Counted from the first letter of the stretch, positions 26,861 through 40,311 are shown. The stretch is DNA of 64,000 bases from Octopus sinensis (GCF_006345805.1 NW_021834553.1:1-64000), one strand, 5' to 3'. Notes: generated by a model not told the origin, from the sequence alone. A program made the numbers and translations.

Positions 26861-27379
26861 TTGAGTCCTAGGCAAACACCTCACAACGCAACTCAAAACT
26901 AGCTCACAACACAACAGTTTCCTGTGTTACCGCGAAACACAACAGACAACTATGATTATCACACTACAGAAGCTGTACAACAAATTTAAGGGAATTAACA
27001 CTGACAACAGACACGCGTATGACAAGAAGGGTACTGCAGATACTACAGCACAAACATTAAATGCAGGTACTACAGCACAAATACTACTCACATACTAGGC
27101 TTGGTGGCAGGTAAGTGTTAGTTTTTTTTTTTTTTCACATGAACCACACAACAAAGCTAGCTGAAATGACATCAAGAATATCACAACAGAGCACATAAAA
27201 GTGACTATAACACAAGCAGTACAACTACAACACAAACGGCATGCTACGAACACTGTAACACTAACTCTACTACAGCCAAAACTACAACACAAGCGTCATG
27301 CTAAAAGCATTGTAACATTAATTCTACTACAGCCTAAACTACAACACAGCCACATACAAAAGACCACAATACCTATTTC

Positions 27380-27592
27380 TTTATTACCCACAAGGGGCCA
27401 AACACAGAGAGGACAAACAAGGACAGACAGGTATCAAGCCGATTACATCGACCCCAGTGCGTAACTGGTACTTAATTTATCAACCCCAAAAGGATGAAAG
27501 GCAAAGTCGACCTCGGCGGAATTTGAACTCACAACATAACGCAGACGAAATACCGCTAAGCATTTCGCCCGGCGCGCTAACGTTTCTGCCAG
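27380..27592 (-). mobile_element. SINE family B
   Basis: Reverse complement of the 16185 copy. Confidence 0.8.
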
Positions 27593-28290
27593 ACCACAAT
27601 ACCATGAACACAACACTGCAGCCACACAGAAAAGACTGCCACCACTACAATACTACAGCACAAACAACTAGCAGAATACATCGACCACAATACATTGAAG
27701 AGAGAGCAATATAAACTGCTCCAATGACTACAGCACAACGAAACGCTATAAGTTTCACACAACACAAACATCACAACAAGTTAATAGGAATTAACAAACA
27801 GCAGACAGCACAACAACGCGACACAACTTGTGGAATACATCAGCTGCAACACAACGAAGGGATGGCAATACAATATGGCACAACAAAACGCTATAAGTTT
27901 CACAAAGCGTAAACATCACAACAAGTTAAGAGGAGTTAACAAACAGCAGACACCACAACAACAGCACAACTTGTGGATTACATTGACCGCAACACTTCGA
28001 AGGGACAGCAAAACAAACTGCTCCCATGAATATGGCACAACAAAACGCTATAAGTTTCACACAACACAAACATCACAACAAGTTAATAGGAATTAACAAA
28101 CAGCAGACACCACAACAACAGCACAACTTGTGGATTACACTGACCGCAACACTTCGAAGGGACAGCAAAACAAGCTGCCCCAACAACAAAACGCTATAAG
28201 TTTCACAAAGCGCAAACATCACAACAAGATAATAGGAGTTAACAAACAGCAGGCAGGACAAAAACGCGACACAACAACAGGTGAACAGAC

Positions 28291-28503
28291 CTCTCTTCGG
28301 ATCTCGTCAGCGTCGCGACCGTTAAACTGTGACGACAAACATGGGACCGGCCCTATGGTCGCACAGACAGATGAGGGCTTCCGCAGGTCCTCTGGTTGGA
28401 TGGTCGACGAACACAAGTTGCTGTAGTCTTTGAAGAGGTTTAGATCGTGGAAGTAAGGTTTGGATTCTTCAAGGTTGCTCACAAATGGACTGGAGTGGCG
28501 CTT
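28291..28503 (-). CDS. ANKS1B: ANKS1-like linker exon between SAM2 and PTB (KRHSSPFVSNLEESKPYFHDLNLFKDYSNLC...DADEIRRE)
   Basis: Acceptor ccgtctttcag|AAG. This is an open, complex-sequence island between repeats, 213 nt, phase 0 to 0. The donor GAG|gtctgt is weak, so the 3' boundary is uncertain. Confidence 0.75.
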
Positions 28504-29744
28504 CTGAAAGACGGTGTAGGATGGCGGGAGAAGGTGAGAGCAGGGTGGAGGGAAGGCACATGCTGGTAGACATACGGACGGACGGAAAAACAGAAGGATG
28601 GAGAGAGAGAGATAGACGTGCGGACAGACAGGTGTGTGAGAGAGAAAGAGAGAGAGTGAGAGGGAGAGAGCTGAAAAGAGAGAGAGACAGACAGACAGAA
28701 AGACAGGTGTTTGAGAGAGAAAGAGAGAGAGGGAGAGGGAGAGAGACGAAAAGAGAGACAGACAGACAGGTGTTTGAGAGAGAAAGAGAGAGAGTGAGAG
28801 TTAGAGAGACGAAAAGAGAGAGAGACAGACAGATAGACAGGTGTGTGAGAGAGAAAGAGAGAGAGTGAGTGAGCTGAAAAGAGAGGCAGACAGGTGTTTT
28901 GAGAGGGAGAGATGAATAGACAGGAAGACACAAAGATGGACAGACAGACAGACAGGTGAGAGATAGAGAGAGAGACAGACGGACAGACACAGACGACAGG
29001 TACATCAGAGAAAGGGAGAGAGAAACACAGCCATATGGACACACAGACAGATGGGTGTGTGTGTGTGTGTGTGTGTGAGAGGCAAAGACAGAGAGACATA
29101 AAAACAGGTGTTTGAGAGAGACAGACAGACATACGAAGAGACACAGACAGGTGTGTAAGAGACAGACAGACAGACATACGAAGAGACACAGACAGGTGTG
29201 TAAGAGACAGACAGACAGACATATGAAGAGACACAGACAGGTGTGTAAGAGACAGACAGACAGACATACGAAGAGACACAGACAGGTGTGTAAGAGACAG
29301 ACAGACAGACAGGGGTGTGACAGACAAGGAGAGAGAGAGAGAGGGGCACAGACAAACAGACAGATATAGAGATTACATATGTTAGACAAATATATAAGCA
29401 GACAATTAGACAAGGAGATGGTGTGTGTGTAGACAGACAGACAGACAAATAGAGAGATAGATAGATACATAGATAAGTAGATAGGTAGGTAGGTAGATAG
29501 ATAGATATGTGTATATATGTGTGTCCATGTGTCCGCCACTAAGGGGTTGCACTAGATAGCACTGACCCCCTCGCTATTCACTGGTGCACCCTCAGATTTA
29601 TGGCACTTTAGAGATGCCCACTTCAGCATCCTTACAAATGGGTGCCCACCCAGAAGAGTATGAAGCACCCTCGGACACCAAAGTGCTGGCGACGGACACA
29701 TGGGTATATTGTGAGATGAATAAAAAGACACAGGTAGACAGATG

Positions 29745-29752
29745 GATAGAAG

Positions 29753-29833
<81 letters not shown>

Positions 29834-29963
29834 ATAGAAATAGATAGATAGATAGATAGATAGATAGATGGATGGATAGATAGATGGATAGATAGATAGA
29901 TAGATGGATGGATAGATAGATAGATGGATAGATAGATAGATAGATACAGAGAGAGAGAGACAG

Positions 29964-29997
<34 letters not shown>

Positions 29998-30006
29998 GTA
30001 GATAGG

Positions 30007-30061
<55 letters not shown>

Positions 30062-30086
30062 GTAGGTAGGTAGATAGATAGGTAGG

Positions 30087-30159
<73 letters not shown>

Positions 30160-30256
30160 GGATGGATAGATAGATAGATGGATAGATAGATAGATAGATA
30201 CAGAGAGAGAGAGACAGAGATAGATAGATAGATAGATAGATAGATAGGTAGATAGG

Positions 30257-30311
<55 letters not shown>

Positions 30312-30336
30312 GTAGGTAGGTAGATAGATAGATAGG

Positions 30337-30395
<59 letters not shown>

Positions 30396-30620
30396 ACATG
30401 GATAGAAGGATAGACAGACAAATAGATGGATAGATGGATTAACAAATAGATGGATAGACAGATGGATAGATGGATGGATAGATGGATAAACAAATAGATG
30501 GATAGAAGGATAGACAGACAAATAGATGGATAGATAAATAGACAGACTAATAGGTAGAGAGAACAACAGATAGACAGACAGACAGATATACAGACAGACA
30601 AACAAACATAGATAGATGGA
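29745..30620. repeat. (GATA)n/(GGTA)n microsatellite field
   Basis: Seen directly; similar fields at 580-1210 and 18310-18690. Confidence 0.97.
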
Positions 30621-31133
30621 CTTTGTATAGTTAGATATATAGGTTAGACAAATATGCAGCTAGACAGACCAATACATTTAAAGACATCTATATATATATA
30701 TACAGCAAAATTTAGATTCAGTTGAATATGGTACTTAAGTTAAAGGCACCAGAAATTGGTATGGTATTATCCATATAAATCAAATGGGGTGATTAAAATC
30801 AAAATAAGCAACAAGGATATCCAAGGTAGAGTAGTACAATCGTTTCACGCTACTTCATTTTATTAAACAATGTAAGTATTACATCAGTTTTAAAATGTCG
30901 AACACTCTTCAGCCACATATAGAATGTTTTTAATTATATAGAAAATGTTCATTTTTATACTTATTCCATTTGCCAACATTACAATTAAAAAAATTCTATA
31001 TGTGACTGAAGAGTGGTCTACATTTTAAAACTGATGTAATACTTACATTGTTTAAATAAATGAAGTAGCATGAAACGATCGTACTACACTACCTTGGATA
31101 TCCTTGTTGCTTATTTTCAGCATATATATATAC

Positions 31134-31173
<40 letters not shown>

Positions 31174-31308
31174 CGTGTGTGTGTGTGTGCATGTAGAGGA
31201 TGGGGAAAGGTGGGGCTTCAAAGTTAAAAAGGGTTTTAAACATGTAAAAAAAAAAACAATATGTTTGGTAGAATGTTGTTTGTGGCAGGCATGGTTGGAT
31301 TTACTTAC

Positions 31309-31392
31309 CGTCACATCTGGAACAGGAACTTGCTTCTCACCTAACGATGCCAGCAATCGCTTGCGGTGGCCCAGTGTGCCAATGTCCAACAC
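31309..31392 (-). CDS. ANKS1B: ANKS1-like exon, end of SAM2 (VLDIGTLGHRKRLLASLGEKQVPVPDVT)
   Basis: ttcttcag|GTG ... ACG|gtaagt; 84 nt, phase 0 to 0. GHRKRxLASLG is the ANKS1A/B SAM2 C-terminal motif. Confidence 0.95.
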
Positions 31393-31494
31393 CTGAAGAA
31401 CACAGACGCCCCAGGAGGGGGCGAAGAGTTGTTAGAAAAGCTTTAATGATAATGATGATGATGATTTCAAATTTTGGGACAAGGCCAGAAATTT

Positions 31495-31680
31495 CGAGGG
31501 GAGTGGGGTAAGCCAAGCAGATCGACCCCAGGATTCAACTGATACTTATTTTATCGACCCCAGAAAGATAGAAAGCAAAGTCTCGACTTTGGCAGGATTT
31601 GAACTCAGAACATAGCAGCAGACATAATACTACAAAGCATTTTACCCAGCATGCTAACAATTCTGCCAGCTCACCACCTT
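31495..31680 (-). mobile_element. Diverged SINE family B
   Basis: tttatcgacccc...aaagtc...atttgaactcagaa...ctgccagctcacc. Confidence 0.7.
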
Positions 31681-31711
31681 AATAATAATAATAATAATAA
31701 TAATCCACAAA

Positions 31712-31873
31712 GGCACAGGAGTGGCTGTGTGGTAAGTAGCTTGCTAACCAACCACATGGTTCCGGGTTCAGTCCCACTGCGTGGCATCTTGGGCAAGTGT
31801 CTTCTGCTATAGCCCCGGGCCGAACAATGCCTTGTGAGTGGATTTGGTAGACGGAAACTGAAAGAAGCCTGTC

Positions 31874-31919
<46 letters not shown>

Positions 31920-32132
31920 ATGTGTGTGTGTGTCTGTGTTTGTCCCCCTAGCATTGCTTGACAACCGATGCTGGTGTGTTTACGTCCCCGTCACCTAGTG
32001 GTTTGGCAAAAGAGACCGATAGAATAAGCACTGGGCTTACAAAGAATAAGTCCCGGGGTCGAGTTGCTCGACTAAAGGCGGTGCTCCTTCATGGCCGCAG
32101 TCAAATGACTGAAACAAGTAAAAGGGTAAAGG
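31712..32132 (+). mobile_element. SINE family A, inside the short SAM2 intron
   Basis: Consensus match. Confidence 0.9.
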
Positions 32133-32254
32133 AACTGACCCCAGTGCGTAACTGGTACTTAATTTATCGACCCTGAAAGGATGAAAGGCAAAGTGAACCA
32201 TAGCAGAATTTGAACTCAGAACGTAGTGGCAGAATGCTTGAGCACTGAAAATGG

Positions 32255-32610
32255 GGTCAATAAAGAGCTAGGGTCAACGTGGAGACAAGGGCCTATATGA
32301 AAATAAGGGCCAAAATGAATATAGTGGACTATATGTAAATAAGGGTCAACATGAATACAAGGGCCTATATGAAAATAAGGGCCAAAATGAATATAGAGGC
32401 CAAAATGAATAGAGGGGCCAATATGAATATAGGGGCCAACATAAAACAAGAAATACAAGGCCAACATGAAAATCAGAGCAACAAGAAGGGCCAATATAAA
32501 AATAAGGGTCAACAAAATGCAAGGGACATGAAGAAAAGGACCAATATGAAAATAAGTGCCAACGTGAAAATAAAGGTCAAGAAGAAATAGGGCCAATATA
32601 AAAGCAGCAA
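32255..32610. repeat. Degenerate 18-bp repeat (agggccaatatgaaaata-like)
   Basis: Periodic agggcc/aggggcc motif just downstream of the SAM2 exon donor. Confidence 0.75.
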
Positions 32611-32666
32611 AGAGGTCAGCAGTGACCCTTTAATGCCCGGTTTTTGAGCCCTGTTTTTGTACTTAC

Positions 32667-32803
32667 TGTGGTCAATTCCAGCTCCCATAACTGTCGTACA
32701 CGTTCCATCTGGTCAAATCCATGAGATATAAAAGTATCGCAATAATCAATCAGCCGTAACGATTGCAGCCATTCCGCGACGGAGCCGGGCATATTATCAG
32801 CAC
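32667..32803 (-). CDS. ANKS1B: ANKS1-like exon, SAM2 first part (ADNMPGSVAEWLQSLRLIDYCDTFISHGFDQMERVRQLWELELTT)
   Basis: cccttccag|GT ... ACA|gtaagt; 137 nt, phase 1 to 0. Contains the SVAEWL and WExEL motifs of ANKS1 SAM2. Confidence 0.95.
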
Positions 32804-32844
32804 CTGGAAGGGACGAACAGACAGACGTGAGAAAAGTATGGGGA

Positions 32845-33560
32845 ATGGGGTCAGTGTAAGGTTTGGATGGGGTCAGTGTAAAGTCTGAAAGGGGTCAGTG
32901 TAAAGTTTAGATGGGGTCAGTGTAAAGTTTGAAAGGGATCAGTGTAAAGTTTGAATGGGGTCAGTGTAAAGTTTGAATGGGGTCTGTAAAATTTGAAAGG
33001 GGTCAGTGTAGAGTTTGAAAGGGGTAAATGTAAAGTTTGAAAGGGATCAGTGTAAAGTTTGAATGGGGTCAGTGTAAAGTTTGAAAGGGGTCAGTGTAAA
33101 GTTTGAATGGGGTCAGTGTAAAGTTTGAATGGGGTCAGTGTAAAGTTTGAATGGGGTCAGTGTAAAGTTTGAAAGGGGTCAGTGTAAATTTTGAAAGGGG
33201 TCAGTGTAAATTTTGAAAGGGGTCAGTGTAAAGTTTGAAAGGGGTCAGTGTAAATTTTGAAAGGGGTCAGTGTAAAGTTTGAAAGGGGTCAGTGTAAAGT
33301 TTGAAAGGGGTCAGTGTAAAGTTTGAAAGGGGTCAGTGTAAAGTTTGAATGAGGTCAGTGTAAAGTTTGAATGGGTTCAGTGTAAAGTTTGAAAGGGGTC
33401 AGTGTAAATTTTGAAAGGGGTCAGTGTAAAGTTTGAAAGGGGTCAGTGTAAAGTTTGAAAGGGGTCAGTGGAAAGTTTGAAAGGGGTCAGTGGAAAGTTC
33501 AAATGGGGTCAGTGTAAAGTTTGAATGGGGTCAATTTAAAGTTTGAATGGGGTCAGTGTA
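32845..33560. repeat. 22-bp minisatellite (gaaaggggtcagtgtaaagttt), about 32 copies
   Basis: ggggtc recurs at 33241, 33263, 33285 and onward. Confidence 0.97.
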
Positions 33561-33584
33561 AAGTTTGGATGTGAGGGTGTCACT

Positions 33585-33972
33585 GACCGCCTGACTGGCA
33601 CCCATGCTGGTGGCACATAAAAAGCACCACCCGAACGTGGCCGATGTCAGTGCCTCCTGACTGGCTCCTGTGCCAGTGGCACGTAAAGAGCACCCACTAC
33701 ACTCTCGGAGTGGTTGGCATTGACACGTAAAATGCACCATCCATCCGTGGCCGTTTGCCAGCTCCGTCTGGCACCTGTGCAGGTGGCACGTAAAAAGCAC
33801 CCACTAGACTCACGGAGTGGTTGGCGTTAGGAAGGGCATCCAGCCGTAGAAACTCTGCCAGATCAGACTGGAGCATGGTGCAGCCTTCTGGCTTCACAGA
33901 TCCCCGGTCGAACCATCCAACCCATGCTAGCATGGAAAGCGGACGCAAAATGATGATGATGATGATGATGAT
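33585..33972 (+). mobile_element. RTE-tail element (family D)
   Basis: Shared tail. Confidence 0.8.
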
Positions 33973-34469
33973 GGGGGTGTTATTGCTCTCTGTCTGTCTC
34001 TCTCTCTATTCAACAAGACACTTATTCTTGAATCACAGTCTTACTTCCTTACTCCACAACACTATTCCCCCTCTAAGTTGAATGGTCTTGCCTTGCGAAT
34101 ACTTGGTGACCCCAGTGGTGTTGGTGCCACATGAAAAAGCAGCCAATACACTGTGTAAAGTGGTTGGCGTTAGGAAGGACGTAAAACCATAGAAGCCATA
34201 CCGAAAGAGAATACAGCTTCGTACGGGCCTCTGGTTCGACAAATTTCGAACCGTCAAACCCATGCCAGCTTCCAGAAGCGACGTTAAATGATGAAGATGA
34301 TAATAGACTAATATAAATAAGGAAAAACTGGGCTAGCAAAGCGTTTTTACCTCATCTCCATCACGTTCGGGTGGAATACGGATGGCGTCTTAGAAACTGA
34401 GAGAGTTATTCCCCCTTAACTGTCTCAGAGAGAAAGCTTTTTTTTAATTGAGAATCGAGGGAGGTTGGA

Positions 34470-35610
34470 TCTTGTAGAAATAGCAGCCAAATCTCCCTCA
34501 AATCACACCCTACTCTCTTATCTATGTATATATGTATGTATGAGCCAACGAGGGAGACCTCTACATGGTAGCTAAACCTGATAGAAATAGCAGCCAAATC
34601 TCCCTCAAATCACACCCTACTCTCTTATCTATGTATATATGTATGTATGAGCCAATGAGGGAGACCTCTACATGGTAGCTAGACCTGCTAGAAATAGCAA
34701 GCAAAATCTCCCTCAGATCACACCTACTCTCTTATCTATGTATATATGTATGTATGAGCCAATGAGGGAGACCTCTACATGGTAGCTAGACCTGTTAGAA
34801 ATAGCAGCCAAATCTCCCTCAGATCACACCCTACTCTCTTATCTATGTATATATGTATGTATGAGCCAATGAGGGAGACCACTACATGGTAGCTAGACCT
34901 GGTAGAAATAGCAGACAAATCTCCCTCAAATCACACACTACCCTCTCTCTATCTATGTATATATGTATGTATGAGTCAATGAGGGAGACCTCTACATGGT
35001 AGTTAGACCTGGTAGAATAGCAGCCAAATCTCCCTCAAATCACACCCTACTCTCTTATCTATGTATTATGTTATGTATGAGCCAATGAGGGAGACCTCTA
35101 CAGGTAGCTAGACCTGCTAGAAATAGCAGCCAAATCTCCCTCAGATCACACCCTACTCTCTTATCTATGTATATATGTATGTATGAGCCAATGAGGGAGA
35201 CCTCTACATGGTAGCTAGACCTGTTAGAAATAGCAGCCAAATCTCCCTCAAATCACACCCTACTCTCTTATCTATGTATATATGTATGTATGAGCCAATG
35301 AGGGAGACCTCTACATGGTAGCTAGACCTGGTAGAAATAGCAGCCAAATCTCCCTCAAATAACACCCTACTCTCTTATCTTGTATATATGTATGTATGAG
35401 CCAAGAGCCATGAGGAGACCTCTACATGGTAGCTAGACCTGGTAAGAATAGCAGCTGAATTCCTCAAATCACACCCTACTCTCTTATCTATGTATATATG
35501 TATGTATGAGCCAATGAGGGAGACCTCTACATGGTAGCTAGACCTGGTAGAAATAGCAGCCAAATCTCCCTCAAATCACACCCTAGTCTCTTATCTATGT
35601 ATATATCTAT
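34470..35610. repeat. Satellite, unit about 110 bp, about 10-11 copies
   Basis: Unit agaaatagcagccaaatctccctcaaatcacaccctactctcttatctatgtatatatgtatgtatgagccaatgagggagacctctacatggtagctagacctg. Confidence 0.95.
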
Positions 35611-35785
35611 GTTAAATACTTAAACCCCAATATTTCAGATATCCCAAATGATAAATGCGATGGTCTGAACAGAAGGATCTTCAGTTCTAGATCACCTCAA
35701 ACATTGCCACCCTGGGGCTTGAAGACAAGAACAACGACAAAATCAAAGACAAAAATATTGATCGGGTTGGTTTGGTTCCACTTAC

Positions 35786-35897
35786 TTATTGGTTTGACTT
35801 TTGGCAGAGATTTCGCAGCTTCCAGGATCTGCCGCCGATGTTTGGGGTCTTTGATGCCAATTTCCTGGAGATCAGGGTCTTCTAGGATGTTTCCACC
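35786..35897 (-). CDS. ANKS1B: ANKS1-like exon, SAM1 second half ([37 protein letters not shown])
   Basis: tatttcag|GGT ... ATAA|gtaagt; 112 nt, phase 0 to 1. Matches the ANKS1 pattern EDxDLxEIGI...HRxxIL...LPK. Confidence 0.95.
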
Positions 35898-36139
35898 CTG
35901 AAATATAAGGAAAAAAGGGGTGGGTTTAAACTATAGTGTACAAACAAACATATACAGAAGTATTTCTTAGAAAACAACAATATTGAAGGTTAGGGGTGGA
36001 CACTGAAACAGCTAGACATAGCAGCTAGATATACCTTAAATCACACCAAAACAAAAAACACATTGAATAATTGAATTCTGGATCAGACAGGGTGGCCATG
36101 GCAGGGTCACGATCTCAATTAGATGGAAACAATAACTAC

Positions 36140-36500
36140 AATCACTAACTATTATACTATACATTAGATAATGTAGTCCTAGATACACTATGCCAGAATA
36201 AAAGATGGGATGGTCACAGCTGGAACATCTTTGATCATGGGTCTGTCGGGATCAGGCCTGACCTGTGGTTAAACAACAATAACTATAGCCACTAATACTA
36301 ACTATTATACTGTACATTAGATCATGTAGTCCTAGATACACTATGCCTCAATATAAGATGAGATGGTCACGGCTGGAACATCTTTGATCATGGGTCTGTC
36401 TGATACTAAACATTAGATAATGTAGTCCTAGATACACTATTCCTGAATAAAAGATGAGATGGTCACAGCTGGAACATATTTGATCATGGGTCTGTCTGGA
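36140..36500. repeat. Three-copy tandem repeat, about 105-150 bp per copy
   Basis: acattagataatgtagtcctagatacactat...ggtcacagctggaacatctttgatcatgggtctgtc occurs three times. Confidence 0.8.
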
Positions 36501-37248
36501 TTAGGACTGACCTGGGGTTAATCAACAACGACAACAATGCCATGACCATCACCGCAGATAATACACATCACAGTCATGTGACGAACAGAAAATCAAATCT
36601 CAAACATCGAACTACTATTAAAAGTTCTATAAGAGTTGCTTCCCTTGGACTGCTGCTTTTTGAAAGAGATACGCGGTGACTTGACCTAGCTAGAAACAAC
36701 AGCCAGATCTCCCGTAAATTACGTTGTTTTCTCTTTCGAAATGAAGGTAGTGATTCTACTTTGCTAGAAATAACAGCCACATCTGCCTCAAATTACATTC
36801 TGCTGTTATAAAAAAATAATAAGGTGTTCACTCTACCATGCTAGAAGTAACAGTCAAATCTCCTTCAAATTATATATATACACACATACATATGCACATA
36901 CATATATACATATATATATACATATATTATATATACATATATGTACATATACATATATATGTATATACATATATATATATATGTACATATATGTACATAT
37001 ATATATATATATGTATATACATATATATACATATATATACATATATATATACATATATGTACATATATATATATATATACATATATGTACATATATATAC
37101 ATATATATATACATATATGTACATATATATTATATAATATACATATATGTACATATATATACATATATATTCATGCATATATTCATATATATACACATAT
37201 ATTCATACATATATTCATATATATACACATACATATATTCATATATAT

Positions 37249-37282
<34 letters not shown>

Positions 37283-37639
37283 GTACGTATATATATACAC
37301 ACATATGCACACTCATACACACAGCAATGTCGTGTTGTGTGTATTTAACACAGATGGGTGTATATTATAAACATTATCTGATGTAGAAGGTGATATCAAA
37401 TGTAGAGCGGATATATAAATTTATATTTATGCACCCATAGACAAGACACCCATTTATAAATATACATACATAAAGAATGTGTGTGTGTATGTGTATATAT
37501 GTGCGTATATAATTGTGTCATTTATCATTGATCTTATCTTTGAGTATATACACATATATATACATCCATGGTGTGCGTGTGTTGAAAGATAACATCAGTG
37601 ACAAGTGAATAAAAACATTGGGACATCAGGTGTCTACAT

Positions 37640-37723
37640 GAGTGTGTATATGTGTGTGTGTGTATAAATATATTTATATGTAGACATGTATGTGTGTATA
37701 CACGTATGTATAAATACAATGTG

Positions 37724-37755
<32 letters not shown>

Positions 37756-38156
37756 AGTGTATAAATATATTTATATGCAGACATGTATGTGTGTATACAC
37801 GTGTGTATAAATACAATGTATATATATATATGTGTGTGTGTGTGTGTATAAATATATTTTTATGTAGACATGTATGTGTGTATACACGTGTGTATAAATA
37901 CAATGTATATATATGTGTGTGTGTGTATAAATATATATTTTATGTAGACATGTATGTGTGTATACACGTGTGTATAAATACAATGTATATATATATATGT
38001 GTGTGTGTGTGTATAAATATATTTTTATGTAGACATGTATGTGTGTATACACGTGTGTATGAATACAATGTATATATATGTGTGTGTGTGTGTGTGTATA
38101 AATATATATTTTATGTAGACATGTATGTGTGTATATACGTGTGTATAAATACAATG

Positions 38157-38191
<35 letters not shown>

Positions 38192-38250
38192 ATGTAAATA
38201 TATTTTATGTAGACATGTATGTGTGTATACACGTGTGTATAAATACAATG

Positions 38251-38283
<33 letters not shown>

Positions 38284-38420
38284 ATAAATATATTTTTATG
38301 TAGACAGGTATGTGTGTATACACGTGTGTATAAATACAATGTATATATATATGTGTGTGTGTGTGAGTGTATAAATATATTTTTATGTAGACATATGTGT
38401 GTATAAATACAATGTATATA
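37640..38420. repeat. Higher-order microsatellite-derived tandem repeat, 60-80 bp units
   Basis: Recurring ataaatatatttttatgtagacatgtatgtgtgtatacacgtgtgtataaatacaatg. Confidence 0.85.
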
Positions 38421-38907
38421 TATATATATATGTGTGTGTGTGTATGTGTTTTGGGTCCATACATTCATAAACACACACACACACACACATATATATAAAT
38501 ATATACATATATATGCACATGTCATACAAATACACACGTGTGTATATATATTTATATACATATACATACACACGCACATACATGCGCGCACACACACATA
38601 TATATATAACGTACATTCATATATTATGCACACACAAATATATACATATATAAACATGCATATATATTTACATATTAATACACCTCAATGCATCATATTT
38701 ATATATATATATATATTTATGTGTGTGTATATATATGTGTGTGTGTGTATATATGTATGTATATATCTATGTATGTGTATACATACGTATGAATGCATGT
38801 ATATATATGTATGTATATATATATCTGTGTGTCTGTATAGATATAAATATATACATACACTTGCCTACACAGACACACACACATATATAGTGACACAAAC
38901 ATATATA

Positions 38908-38955
<48 letters not shown>

Positions 38956-39227
38956 CAGTAACAGTAGACAAAAAGGTTAAAAAAAGGGGTATAGATAAGA
39001 TATGAGTAGCAGGAAAAGGGGGCATAGTTGGGGGTGGGGTGGATGTACCCAGCCCACCCCTAATCTCGTGTCACCCATTTCCTCAATGGTGTTATACAAA
39101 CTGCTAAAAATAGCAGTTAAATTCCCTGCAAATCATGCCTTACTTGCCTTACAAGAGAGAAGGACACATACATATCGGAAGACACGATGGGGTGGTCACA
39201 GCTGGAAAATCATTGATCATAATAATA

Positions 39228-39672
39228 ATACTCTTACTTGTTTCAGTCATTTGACTGCGGCCATGCTGGAGCACTGCCTTTAGTCAAGCAAATCAACCCT
39301 GGGACTTATGCTGGAGCACCGCCTTTTTTATTTAGTCGAGCAACTCGACCCCAGGGCTCATTCTTTGTAAGCCTAGTACTTATTCTATCGGTCTCTTTTG
39401 CCGAACCGCTAAGTAACAGGGACATAAACACACCAGCATCGGTTGTCAAGCAATGCTAGGGGGACAAACACAGACACACACATATATATATATGTATATA
39501 CATATATACGACGGGCTTTTTTTAGTTTCCGTCTACCAAATCCACTCACAAGGCATTGGTCGGCCCGGGGCTATAGCAGAAGACACTTGCCCAAGATGCC
39601 ACGCAGTGGGACTGAACCCGGAACCATGTGGTTGGTAGACAAGCTACTTACCACACAGCCACTCCTGCGCCT
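39228..39672 (-). mobile_element. SINE family A, about 100 nt downstream of the SAM1 exon donor
   Basis: Consensus match with a small internal duplication. Confidence 0.9.
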
Positions 39673-39775
39673 ATAATAATAATAATAACTAATAATAACA
39701 ATAGTAATAATATTAATAGTAATAATAATTATAATAATAATGATGATGAAGATGAGGATGATGGGGCTGTCTCAC

Positions 39776-39879
39776 CAAGAAGTCCATGTCATCGTAACCG
39801 TTAGCAACAAGAGTGTTTTCGTACTGCCCCAGCGCCATGTCTTCCAACCATTCTCCAACACTTTGTATTTTGGTTTTGG
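39776..39879 (-). CDS. ANKS1B: ANKS1-like exon, SAM1 first half (KTKIQSVGEWLEDMALGQYENTLVANGYDDMDFL)
   Basis: ctctttcgcag|CC ... TTG|gtgaga; 104 nt, phase 1 to 0. Carries the SAM signature SVGEWL..LGQYE....NGYD. Confidence 0.95.
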
Positions 39880-39995
39880 CTGCGAAAGAGAAACAGGAAT
39901 CGGTAGAAGGAAATATTTAATATGCTGTGAATGCTTAACTGATTTGCATAGAATAGACTCTGGAATATACACACACACATTTTATATATATATAT

Positions 39996-40308
39996 ACAAT
40001 TGCAGTGTGGAAGGTGTTTGTAAGCCATTTAAGAAACACACAACAACATTTAAGTTTAATTTGTCAAAATATTTTCGTCGCTTTGAGACCGTGACCTGTT
40101 CACTGACAAAACATCGTGCTGTTTTGTCAGTGAACAGGTCGCGGTCTCAAGCAACGAGATATTTTGACAGATTAAAACTTAAATGTTGAAGTGAATCGAA
40201 CGGTTTTTGTTGTGTTTCTTAAATGCTTATAAACCCTTCCACGCTGCAATTGTTTTCGTTCCAGCACACGATCTCAGATCAAGTCACTTGCTATGCAAGT
40301 ACATCTCC
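39996..40308. mobile_element. Asymmetric inverted-repeat element, copy 2 (opposite orientation)
   Basis: Arms about 39996-40113 and 40120-40253, followed by the same 55-bp extension ending gtacatctcc. Confidence 0.7.
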
Positions 40309-40311
40309 ATA

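Noticed and set aside
32216-32596. ORF with periodic GPYFHI hexapeptides
   Set aside because: It is the product of a degenerate 18-bp repeat in the SAM2 intron and has no link to the gene's frame.
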